Shown here piece after piece: positions 44,437 through 54,237 of a DNA stretch of 64,000 nucleotides; the first letter of the stretch is position 1, and every line of letters starts with the position of its first letter. This stretch comes from Sporopachydermia quercuum. Its lineage: Eukaryota. The stretch covers positions 1,550,001 through 1,614,000 of the forward strand of contig BCGN01000003.1 in NCBI GenBank assembly GCA_001599295.1, given 5' to 3'. Position numbers and translations under genes: made by a program. Below the pieces are notes generated by a model. That model was given only the letters and a program-made list of their open reading frames with translations, was not told where the DNA came from and did not search any database.

Positions 44437-47400
44437 ATGAATGGTAATAGCATCAATAATGGAAATGGTAGTAGCAATGTTAATGGCAACTTTAATAGCT
44501 TTGTAAACCAAGGGATTTCTAATGGAAGAAGCTCCGATTCCTTACAGAGTCAACAACAGCAAATACCAATAGGTATGACAAAAGCGTTGAAAGTATCAAA
44601 AACTACCAGACAACCGAAACAAACAAATAAGAAAAAGAAGTTGAATTCTAAGCAACCACGGTCTACAATCATAATGCCGACTGCTTCTTCAAATTCAACG
44701 TCATCATCAACAACTACTTCCACACCTGCTGGATCAAATTCGAACCCGTCTCATACACAGCTGCCATCATCATCAGCATCATCAACATCAGTTACAACTC
44801 CAATTGAAGAAATAGCCCGTAATACTCAACAATCCTCTGATTTAGATAACGTGACAGGATTGCCAAATAACTATTATAACAGTTACAATTCAAAGGATCC
44901 TAACCTTAACCTAAGATTAGACGATAGCAATATTTCTCTTGCGCCTGGATATCCTGGAATGTCCACTGATGGTAATATGGGCATGCATAATATGAAGAAT
45001 GGGAATCTCGCTAATGGAATGGACTTATCTGGAGAGCGTTCAGGTTTCAATGGAGATATTGGTGCTCATGTTTCGCAACCTCTGACTCCTTTTATGCAGC
45101 AGGATGTGCCAAATGGCTTTTTCAATGACCCACCCAACTTTATAGGATCGTCACCTTTTTCCACTGTTGCTTCACCTTACAATACAGGAGCTACTCCTTT
45201 GGAAATGCAATCCGCTTATAATCCAATGATGTCTTTGGGAACTGGTAACNTTGGACCTAATGGTGTTTCCGGATCAGAGTCACTAGCTGATGTTCAAGAT
45301 TTAGCTGAGCAAAGCGCACTTCCTGTTGGAATGCTTGTATCGTCTTCAAGAGGAAATTGCTCATCGGACGTTAGCTTGAATGGGATGAATTCAAGATCTC
45401 ACTTAGCTGAGGCTGTTCCAGTATCCGTAGGAGGACCTCCAATGATTACTGGCGATGGGTCAGCATCATCAGCTGTCGCATTAGTAAATTCCAGAGATAT
45501 AATGGGACCTCCAATGGCCTCATACGGCTTGGGAGAGACCCCAGAGAACCATATTTCAGCGTTGAATTATCAAGATCAATTGGCATCAGGTGTAGGATCT
45601 ATAAACCAACAATCACAATCACTAGCTACAAATCAACCGCATCTTGTGCCTGTTCATTCTCAGACTCAATCACAGCTCACTAGATCAGCCGGAGCTGCTG
45701 GCAGTAACAACAAGAAGCCTACTAAGTCCCGGAAACCTATTGGCGGGACCAAGACGAGGCCTGCGTTTGTGATGAAACTTTGGAACATGGTAAACGACAG
45801 AGGCAACGAAGAATATATCCGTTGGATGCCGGATGGAAAGAAAATTCAAGTGGTTAACAGAGATCAGTTCGAGAAAGTCATCCTCCCGAAGTACTTTAAA
45901 CATTCGAACTTCTCCTCCTTTGTTCGCCANCTGAATATGTATGGATGGCATAAAGTCCAAGATGTAAGCTCAGGATCTTTACAAACTGGTGATGAAGTAT
46001 GGCAATTTCATTCTCCTTACTTTATCAAAGACCGTGAGGATCTCCTTGATAAAATTGTTCGTAATAAAGGATCTAAAGGCGACGAAGAAGATGAAGAAGT
46101 AGAAATATCTTGTATTATAGGAGAAATCAAGCAAATCAAGGCTAACCAAATGGCCATATGGGAAGATCTACGAAGGGTCCGTAACGACAATGAATTACTA
46201 TGGAAAGAAAACTGTATGTCGCGGGAAAGGCATAAAACGCATGAGGAGACTTTGCAAAAGATTATGCGTTTCCTCGCTTCTATGTTTGGATATCAAGGCA
46301 AGATACCCGATGCTGGAGCTCCATTATCAGCATTGACATCGTTCTACGATGGCGTAGGGTCTTCTGCAGGACTTAGTGAGAATTCAAACGAAGTCAGCGG
46401 TAGCTTGAACTCCACTAGCAATGGAACTGTTGGGGTAAATCCCAGTAGCCTGGGAAGCAATTTGATACCCCCTTCAAGTATCGCTTCAGCCTCAAACGGT
46501 ATCCATTCTACCACTGATGGAGTTAACGGTTCTTCTGATGATCACACATTTAGTGGACCATCAGGAAACATTGGACCTTTGAATAACCCTGACGGCCACA
46601 ATAGACCTTTGCTTATGCTTATGCCCAGTGAAAACAGCAACGGTAGTCACAAATATGATTCAAACCGTTTTGACGATCTTGGATCCGTTCAGGGATCAAT
46701 TAGTGGAGCGACCAATAGAAATCCAAAACTAAGCAAAGAACATATCGATGCAATGAACGATTTGTTCTCGACCTCAAGCTCATCAGCGAACCTACAATCA
46801 CGGTTTGAAGACCTGTCTTCAACACCAGGAGGATCCAACACTGGGAAATCTCCTACATCATTATTCACATCAATTAACTCACCGAAAGTTGATACAGATA
46901 TCCTTAATTCAATGAACAAGCATAGCAGCAGCAGTAACAACATCAATAATACTTACAGTAAGAACAGCACTAAATTTGGTACATCTTTTCTTAATGATAA
47001 CAATACAACCCCCACTGAGATTATGCAAACAAGTAGCACCAGCAGTGGTACTAGCAGTGGCGCAGGCAGTGGCAATAAAGGTACACTCTTTGATGATCTT
47101 GCTTTTCCTAAGGCACGAACTAACAATTTATATCTAGGGCTAAACGATAACAATACGAGTAATAGTAACTCCAAAATATCTACATCGACTACCCCTTCTT
47201 CTGTTTCCCCAACAGAAGATTCATCAGGTGGGTTGGCGTTGCAGATCCCTCCAGGTAAAGCATCTTCTGGTAGTTTTCCTTTAAGCAGTATATCTTTATC
47301 ATCCTCTGATCAGATAAGTGGAACAGGGAATAATATTAATGATAGTACTATAGATAAGATCGATAATGTTCATATTGATGATGTTACTGATAATACCCAT

Positions 47401-47835
47401 GGCGCTGATAGTATTAAGACCCTAGATAATGATGATATTGACCAAATTGATAAAGTTGTTCCGAAACCCGGAACAGAGGATATTGTGCGTTTTGTCACAA
47501 CTCCTATTCGAACCAGTACTAATGATAACGTTTCTATAGATGAGCTTACAAAGAATATTGAACGACAAGGTAGATCAATTGAACAGGTGAATGATTGGAT
47601 CAATCGATTAGCAGAAACGAAGTCGATAATGGTTGATAATGGTGGCCATAGTACTATTCCTGGTGGTAACACTGCCCCCAATGGTAGTAATAGCAATGTT
47701 GATACTGTGGCAAGCGGCAACTCAAGATTTGATGAAGCAGTTGATGGGATGAATGATAATTTTGATTTCGATCAGTTCTTGAGCAACGATGAACCTAGCT
47801 TGTTCAGTGATACAAAGAAGAGGAAATTACAATAA
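44437..47835 (+). CDS. HSF1: Heat shock transcription factor
   Basis: HSF DBD PAFVMKLWNMV...KYFKHSNFSSFVRxLNMYGWHKV, HR-A/B (DNELLWKE...IMRFLAS), CE2-like RPLLML, terminal KKRKLQ; first ATG at 44437. Confidence 0.95.
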   Translation: MNGNSINNGNGSSNVNGNFNSFVNQGISNGRSSDSLQSQQQQIPIGMTKALKVSKTTRQPKQTNKKKKLNSKQPRSTIIMPTASSNSTSSSTTTSTPAGSNSNPSHTQLPSSSASSTSVTTPIEEIARNTQQSSDLDNVTGLPNNYYNSYNSKDPNLNLRLDDSNISLAPGYPGMSTDGNMGMHNMKNGNLANGMDLSGERSGFNGDIGAHVSQPLTPFMQQDVPNGFFNDPPNFIGSSPFSTVASPYNTGATPLEMQSAYNPMMSLGTGNXGPNGVSGSESLADVQDLAEQSALPVGMLVSSSRGNCSSDVSLNGMNSRSHLAEAVPVSVGGPPMITGDGSASSAVALVNSRDIMGPPMASYGLGETPENHISALNYQDQLASGVGSINQQSQSLATNQPHLVPVHSQTQSQLTRSAGAAGSNNKKPTKSRKPIGGTKTRPAFVMKLWNMVNDRGNEEYIRWMPDGKKIQVVNRDQFEKVILPKYFKHSNFSSFVRXLNMYGWHKVQDVSSGSLQTGDEVWQFHSPYFIKDREDLLDKIVRNKGSKGDEEDEEVEISCIIGEIKQIKANQMAIWEDLRRVRNDNELLWKENCMSRERHKTHEETLQKIMRFLASMFGYQGKIPDAGAPLSALTSFYDGVGSSAGLSENSNEVSGSLNSTSNGTVGVNPSSLGSNLIPPSSIASASNGIHSTTDGVNGSSDDHTFSGPSGNIGPLNNPDGHNRPLLMLMPSENSNGSHKYDSNRFDDLGSVQGSISGATNRNPKLSKEHIDAMNDLFSTSSSSANLQSRFEDLSSTPGGSNTGKSPTSLFTSINSPKVDTDILNSMNKHSSSSNNINNTYSKNSTKFGTSFLNDNNTTPTEIMQTSSTSSGTSSGAGSGNKGTLFDDLAFPKARTNNLYLGLNDNNTSNSNSKISTSTTPSSVSPTEDSSGGLALQIPPGKASSGSFPLSSISLSSSDQISGTGNNINDSTIDKIDNVHIDDVTDNTHGADSIKTLDNDDIDQIDKVVPKPGTEDIVRFVTTPIRTSTNDNVSIDELTKNIERQGRSIEQVNDWINRLAETKSIMVDNGGHSTIPGGNTAPNGSNSNVDTVASGNSRFDEAVDGMNDNFDFDQFLSNDEPSLFSDTKKRKLQ

Positions 47836-49764
47836 AACTGTAAGGTTTGGTTAGAAACCAGTGTTCAGTATTTCAAGCGTCGGAAGCATAGAAGCATGAA
47901 AGAATGGAACTGTGAAGAATGAGTTATGAAGTATGAAAGATTAGACAAAGAATCAAAGATCAAAGCATTGAGCATGCTGTGTTGGTTTAGATGGGTTTAT
48001 TTGTGGACTCGTTGTGTTAGTTGTGATTAGGTACCATTGAGAGATGCAGTATATTAAAACAAAAGTTAGCGAAGAGAAGATATTCTTACAAGTATTACAA
48101 TATTAATAGTAATCATCTACTACAGCCAGAATTAAGAAATATAAACAGAAAGACAGAAAATAAAGAATAAAGACAAGAAAATTGGCGGCAAAGTACGGCA
48201 TACAAAGTACATTATATTTGTACCTAATCTACGCTGAGAATCATTAGTGATTGAAGGGAATATGCTCACAACATTTTTAATTCAAGTACATAGAATCAAA
48301 TAATGAATCATTTTCAAGGTATTAAAACCATGTAATATATTTTAATTGATTAGGTAGTAGGGTAATGGTAGAGTTAATGTAGGAGTAAGGAATAATGAGT
48401 TAAAAGAGAATAGCTTTGTTTGAATCTTAGTTCGGTATTCTGCTTGGCTCACAATAACACGATGCTGACGTTAACAAGTTGTAGGCATAGATTGGCTGTA
48501 GTTTTGGATGTTATGGATGTTGATGATATTTAGAAGAGACGTCAAAGAATTGTATGTAGAAGCAGAGATAAGACAAGATGAGAGTTAAACAAAACATAGG
48601 AAGAACAACTCGCTCGCTTGATTGATCATACGATAACTAATTGAGAGAGTATTTAATTGTTTGCCAGCTTTGTTCGTGGGATAACATGAACTTATTATTA
48701 AAGATGATCTGATGTTCTTGCTAATTGNAGTATTAAGCAGCTTTATCCGAGTAAAATGCTTAACTCAATAGGGATAACTACAACAGCAACTACTATTTTT
48801 TCATTTGAACTCACTATGAGAAGAATTGAAGTGCTAATTGGATTTTTTCTTTTATCCACTAAAATNAGGCCTCAGGAAATGAGTGACAGAAAGGAAAGTA
48901 ATGATTCGCTGCTCATTGAAGTAATTATGTACTATTTATCAACTGATTATTATATATATGTTCAATGATTTGCGTACTAAACCATTTACTGTTCCTGGAC
49001 TTTTAGCTAATCAAAGAATAGGGAAAGAATATCTCAGAATCAGTTGATTCAATACGAAGCCACTTGTCCATAGATATTGAACCGAATACGGTACTTGGCC
49101 ATTATTTTCCATATTGAACTTCTATTTCAAAGAACCTCAACGTCTTTACAGTAGAAACAAAAAATAATAATTAAGGCCAATCAGGAATTCTGTAAGGATC
49201 ATCACCTCGAAAACTAGGCATATAACAAGCAGTTTGGTAAGAGACAAGTTAAAGTTTAGAATNTACCCGATGTGGCAATAAGGTTCATGTTGGTTGAGAA
49301 GTTGAATGTAAGGTTTTAAGACCCTGATATTAGTTTGAAACTCAAAACATGTAGTCAACAGTCACATCAACAGAGTCTTATTACTCTCTCATAAGTGATT
49401 TAGTAAGTTTGGTAATTTGTTTAGTATTTTAATCACTTTAATCAAACATGGGAATATTTCTCTTTTTTTCCCACAAATTTCCAAACTGAACGCTTTAACT
49501 GTTCATCCTTTCTGATATACACTACTAAACAGAGTTTATAAAATATGCACAGTGCTCCAAACCCTAACTGATTATACAAACTTTAACCTCCAAGTCAATT
49601 ATTNCTTGATATGAAATCTATACCGCACTGTGCCATATAATTCTTATTTTATTGCTGCATCTTCTTGGGTAAAACACATGGTTTCCCAAAAACCTGCTAA
49701 GATTACTAAGGAGAAGGATCAATTAATCTACGTCAAAGTTCCTGTATAAAAAACATAGGAAATA

Positions 49765-50170
49765 TGAGGTTTCATACCGCTGTCCCGCTATTCCCTTAGT
49801 AATGGAAGGGGATCAATGGGAGCTTCTTACGATGGTCTCAATACCCTTTTCTATTTCTTTCCATATTAAGATAATTGATTCCCTATTTCAGATTTGAAGT
49901 TACTTCAGTCATCTCTTGTTTAGGCATCCTGTTCTCCGTTTGCTGTCCTCACTTCCCGCCCATAGAACTGAAAGCGACCTACGGAATAGAGATGTAGCCT
50001 TCGACGCCAAAACAGGGCAAAAACCGTCGGAAGTGCTTCAAAATACGCCAATGGTTATCAATCAAGCTTAGCCACATTCTACCCCAATTTGGAACTATTG
50101 TGCCCACATTGAAGTTTTGTCGTTAAACGTAGCCGGGCAAAGTCTTTAGGAAATTGAAATGTGGACAATT
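49765..50170 (+). ncRNA. Putative structured non-coding RNA of unknown class
   Basis: Several hand-folded hairpins, the first three with G-U pairs on the + strand; upstream CAGTCACA (49359), AAACCCTAA (49559) and TATAAAA (49746); no long ORF. Confidence 0.3.
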
Positions 50171-50494
50171 ATGAAAGTGATATTCTATGAATGTGACAAT
50201 TCAAACAGCTGAGCCAAAATTATCGAATACTTTCCTATTTGGNCTGTAGTTATACTTTAGTAGTAATCTCTCAGCTCTGCGGATTTTCACAAATTTGTCA
50301 TAAACGTACGAATTCCAAGCTCTGGCTTGGNTCCCATTTACTAAGGTCAATTGATTATCTCGGCCTTAGTGAAAAGCCTTCGGACCAAACCATCAAACCA
50401 TACTCTACGGTAAAACTGGAGCTTACAAAAATCCGAGTTTCTCCATAACATAAGAACTAATTCGCTTCTAGAAAATCAACTTCCTTCAATATTA

Positions 50495-52129
50495 TCACAT
50501 GACTACACATTTATCGCCACTTCCGCTTTTGCCTCCGCTTTTGGCTTTCTCCTTTTTAGTTCCCGATCTTGGAGTCTTCACCATAATATTACTTTCCTTT
50601 GCCGGATGAGCATACTTATCTTCTAATTTAGCTACAGACCCTCTTCGGCTTCTAACCATAATATTCTTCTCGCTATGAGGCGTTCTAGAACCCGAGGGAG
50701 GATCCCAACGTGTCTCTTTAACCATAATGGTTCTCTCTTTATCAGGATGCGTATATCGAATGTCAAGACATTCATTCGACCCTCTTCTAGACTTAACCAA
50801 TACATTATGTGGCTCAGAGTGAGGCGAAGCCAAAGATCGGCCCGGAGATCTGAAAGATTTGGGAGTGTATACCGATTCGGAAGCGGCCCGGCGATACTCG
50901 ACTTCCTGTAACTTCCTTGCTAATTCATAATCGGCGGCACTTGAACCAAGATCCTTCGGCTTGGTGAAGTTTGTAGGTTTGAAGTCTCCAGTTAGATACT
51001 CGTCCTGGTTATCTAGAGGTTGCCATATGATGGAAGGGTCGTAAGAAGTGACACCGGCGTCGGTTACCAATAAGAATAAAGATGTGGCTGAGTCTGAGGC
51101 TGATTTTTCCCCTCGGCGGCCGCTGTTGGGAGGGTCTGTAGCAAACAGAGTTGCAAAATGATTATTAGCAAAATATACAGCAAAACTATCAACTGGTAAT
51201 AGCTCAGATAACACTTTNTTACCATATTCTGTTTGTTGAGTGGCTGTTTCGTATAGGAAATGTCTGGCAAGAGCCACCTGTGCCTCAATTTCCTCATTAG
51301 ATATAGTATCACCTTCATTTGATACTATTAAACCTTGTAGGGCCTCGTAAGACGGATATTTCTTTAGCAGTTTCTGAAGAGGCTCGTCTGAGTCCTCTAC
51401 TATCCAGGAATGGACAATATCGACATTATAGCATCGGAAAAGTGAAAGTTCTGGTGATTCTTCAAAGGAAGGAGAAAAAAAGTTCGGATTAATGTCCAAT
51501 CCGGTATGAATCTTCGGAAGGATTTCTGTCACTGAATTAAGGTCGATTTCTACTTGATTGACTTTAGAAGCTCTTTCTGTCCCGGCTTTGTTTCCGGTGG
51601 TGGTTTCTCCTGCCGCTGAGATATCCGATTTGGCTTCCCCTTTACTCTCCGATTCGGAATCTCCGGTGAACCGAATCAAGATCTCTCCCAGATAATCTAG
51701 TAATCTCTCCAAAGTCAAACTTCCACTATCATCAATTACGTTGGCTAATGGCTTAATAATGTCTAGATATCTTCTAATGTAATCACCATATTTCCCATCA
51801 ACAGACCCTCCTTTGCTTTCAGTTAAGGTCAACCATTGAGACTTCAGTTGATAGTTCAATAGCAAGCAATTGACAATAGCTATTAAAGCACAAGGACCGT
51901 TTTCGTTCTGAACTAGTATCTTATTGGTATATTTATTACCTTTACTATCATACCAAGTAATAACTTTAGTAGAATACCTGATAGAAATGGCATCCGACAT
52001 ACTGAGCGAGGATCTAGAGGCTTGATCAGAAATAGGTGCCTTTGCGTTGAAAGGTGAATCTTTGTCAGGAACCGTTATAGTCAATTGATCCGAAACTCCG
52101 TTCAGAAAGAAATAATTAGAGTCGCTCAT
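50495..52129 (-). CDS. MINDY-family K48 deubiquitinase (Miy1/Miy2-like), CaaX-terminated
   Basis: Catalytic QNENGPCAL and FANNHFATL, LVTDAG, MIU-like ADYELARKLQ, C-terminal CVVM; first ATG at 52129. Confidence 0.9.
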   Translation of the reverse strand: MSDSNYFFLNGVSDQLTITVPDKDSPFNAKAPISDQASRSSLSMSDAISIRYSTKVITWYDSKGNKYTNKILVQNENGPCALIAIVNCLLLNYQLKSQWLTLTESKGGSVDGKYGDYIRRYLDIIKPLANVIDDSGSLTLERLLDYLGEILIRFTGDSESESKGEAKSDISAAGETTTGNKAGTERASKVNQVEIDLNSVTEILPKIHTGLDINPNFFSPSFEESPELSLFRCYNVDIVHSWIVEDSDEPLQKLLKKYPSYEALQGLIVSNEGDTISNEEIEAQVALARHFLYETATQQTEYGXKVLSELLPVDSFAVYFANNHFATLFATDPPNSGRRGEKSASDSATSLFLLVTDAGVTSYDPSIIWQPLDNQDEYLTGDFKPTNFTKPKDLGSSAADYELARKLQEVEYRRAASESVYTPKSFRSPGRSLASPHSEPHNVLVKSRRGSNECLDIRYTHPDKERTIMVKETRWDPPSGSRTPHSEKNIMVRSRRGSVAKLEDKYAHPAKESNIMVKTPRSGTKKEKAKSGGKSGSGDKCVVM

Positions 52130-54237
52130 GATGTAAGAGAAGAAAAGAACCAGTATAAGAGAAATGCACCACACAGGTAGCAAGAGGTGTAACTAACTGA
52201 TCAACAGTAGGGAACAAACCTGNCAAGGAGGCAATACTTTTATGTAGAGGGTCTAGGAGAAGTTAGTATGGAACGGATTAACTATTGGATGGGATGGCCC
52301 TCACAAAAATTTGGAATATAGGAAATAAACAATAAATCATGTGAATAGGAAAGAACAATAAGAAGTGAGAAAAGAACCAGAGAAATAAAGGGAACGAAAA
52401 AGGAAATTAGCTTGTTATATGTAGAAGAGAGTTAACTGAGTAAGTAACTATAAGAGTCAGTTGTAATGTAACGCGCTCGGATTATTTATTAATTCTAATG
52501 TTCTAGACCCTAAAAATTGAAAATTATGAACCCTATTATTAAGAAAACCACTTGTAGTTCGAAAAAATGCTCAAGATAAATAGTTCTGATGACAAAGGTG
52601 CTGTTGCTTGAACTTTTCATTAGCAATAACTCTATGCTCTTTCCAGTTGCGAGACTATCTGAAAAACCCATTGTTCTTATTACTTATAGGTAGTTGTTGC
52701 TAAGCAGATGAACTCAGAAATGTGCATGTAGATGTCAGTCGTTAGGTACCTACTGGATCGCTACTACTTTTTTATTGGGAATGTCTAATGATAATGTCCA
52801 GTTTCTGTCACAATATCTGGATCAAAACCTATTATGGCTATTCTTGCAAAAAGCAAGCATTTTTTCCTTGTTTTTCAAATATCAAGATACATATTACTTA
52901 CTCATTTGTTGACCTTCTAGCCCAAAACTTCACCCGATGTATAAGAATTTGTGACAACACTGTGAGAGGGTTGAATGTAGCCAAACTTCAAGCAAGTTTC
53001 TCCACGAAAATACGTCGCTAAACCATAACCTTAATTCAAAGCTTATTGTTTTCTCATGACATGTATTCATTAATTGCCCAACATTGTTCAGCTTTTGTTC
53101 GCATCTGATGATAAATATAGAAAAGATTACTCAAGGAATATCAATCAGAACTGAGGAGTTGGAATAGAAACTTAAATCAACTGCTGAATTTCCTGGAGGA
53201 ACTGCCAGCGTAAGTAACATAGACACAGGATTTTCCCGGCAATCTATAGGAATCTTCATATGAGATTGTGATCAACAACTAGTACTCTGGTTTATGTAAT
53301 TTGTAAAAAAGACCAACCAAATATAAAATGGTAATACAACCTTGAACTTCTAATATTACTGAAAAAAATACTATACNTTACGTATAAACAAACTTATCCC
53401 ATTTTATTTCCATTACGACGAGTACATAATAAATAAGTATCGACTTTGCGAAAGAATTCTGGAAAACCCGGAAAAACCTTTTGAACTTTAACTCTAAAAT
53501 TTATTGTTAGGTGATGTTAGAGTTCACAATTCAAATCAAAATATGCATGGTACATTTTGCTGAAATAATTACCATCTCATTCATTATTTCATGGTCTATC
53601 ATTTTAACCGATTGCTTTGACTTACTAATCATAGATAGATAATGTTCTCAATTGCGCAGATGATTCTATTCTGTGAATAGCCAGTTCCAACACAGTAGTA
53701 ATACACTTAACGATAGATGTCTTGAAGTCCAATTGGTAACAGCAAATGATTCTCAAACCAACAAATGAATTTCCAGACTTATTTATTTGATTCAGCGAGT
53801 CATTCATTTATTTTAGTTACGTTTGTTTATTCCCCAGACCCTTCGCTCTCTGGCCGATCCTCTTTCATAACCGCTCATCACCATCATCACCCTCACTCTC
53901 CCGAACTCCCCCTTAGTACTACTTCATATCTTGTTTCCGTTATATGTCCCATATCCCATGCAGTTTGATTATAACATCTCTCTCCGTCTTCTACCCCTTC
54001 GGAAACTGGAAAACACAAACTGCTTTCGGATGCCATTCCTAATTGCATTTCGGATATAAACCTATGGTCAACAGATGATGTACAAATTTAGAAGCCGTTT
54101 TTCTGTATTCCGAACAGTGGAACTCAATCAGAAACTCTCCTTGTCATAAGACCGGAGTTTCCTTGACATTTAGTCCTGTTTCTGCTCATTTGCTCCATCC
54201 TATTTGTCATTCCATTAAATCTAACAGCCATCAAACA

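Noticed and set aside
9484..45933. Alternative CUG decoding (Ser or Ala clade)
   Set aside because: CTG encodes conserved Leu positions: Dus3 W-A-L (9484) and Hsf1 R-x-L-N-M-Y (45931)
49667..49696. GGGTAAAAC...ACCTG matching both flanks of 25S Psi2975 (snR42-type pocket)
   Set aside because: Upper stem is only ~3 bp and no H/ACA box at the 14-16 nt spacing; not enough to assign
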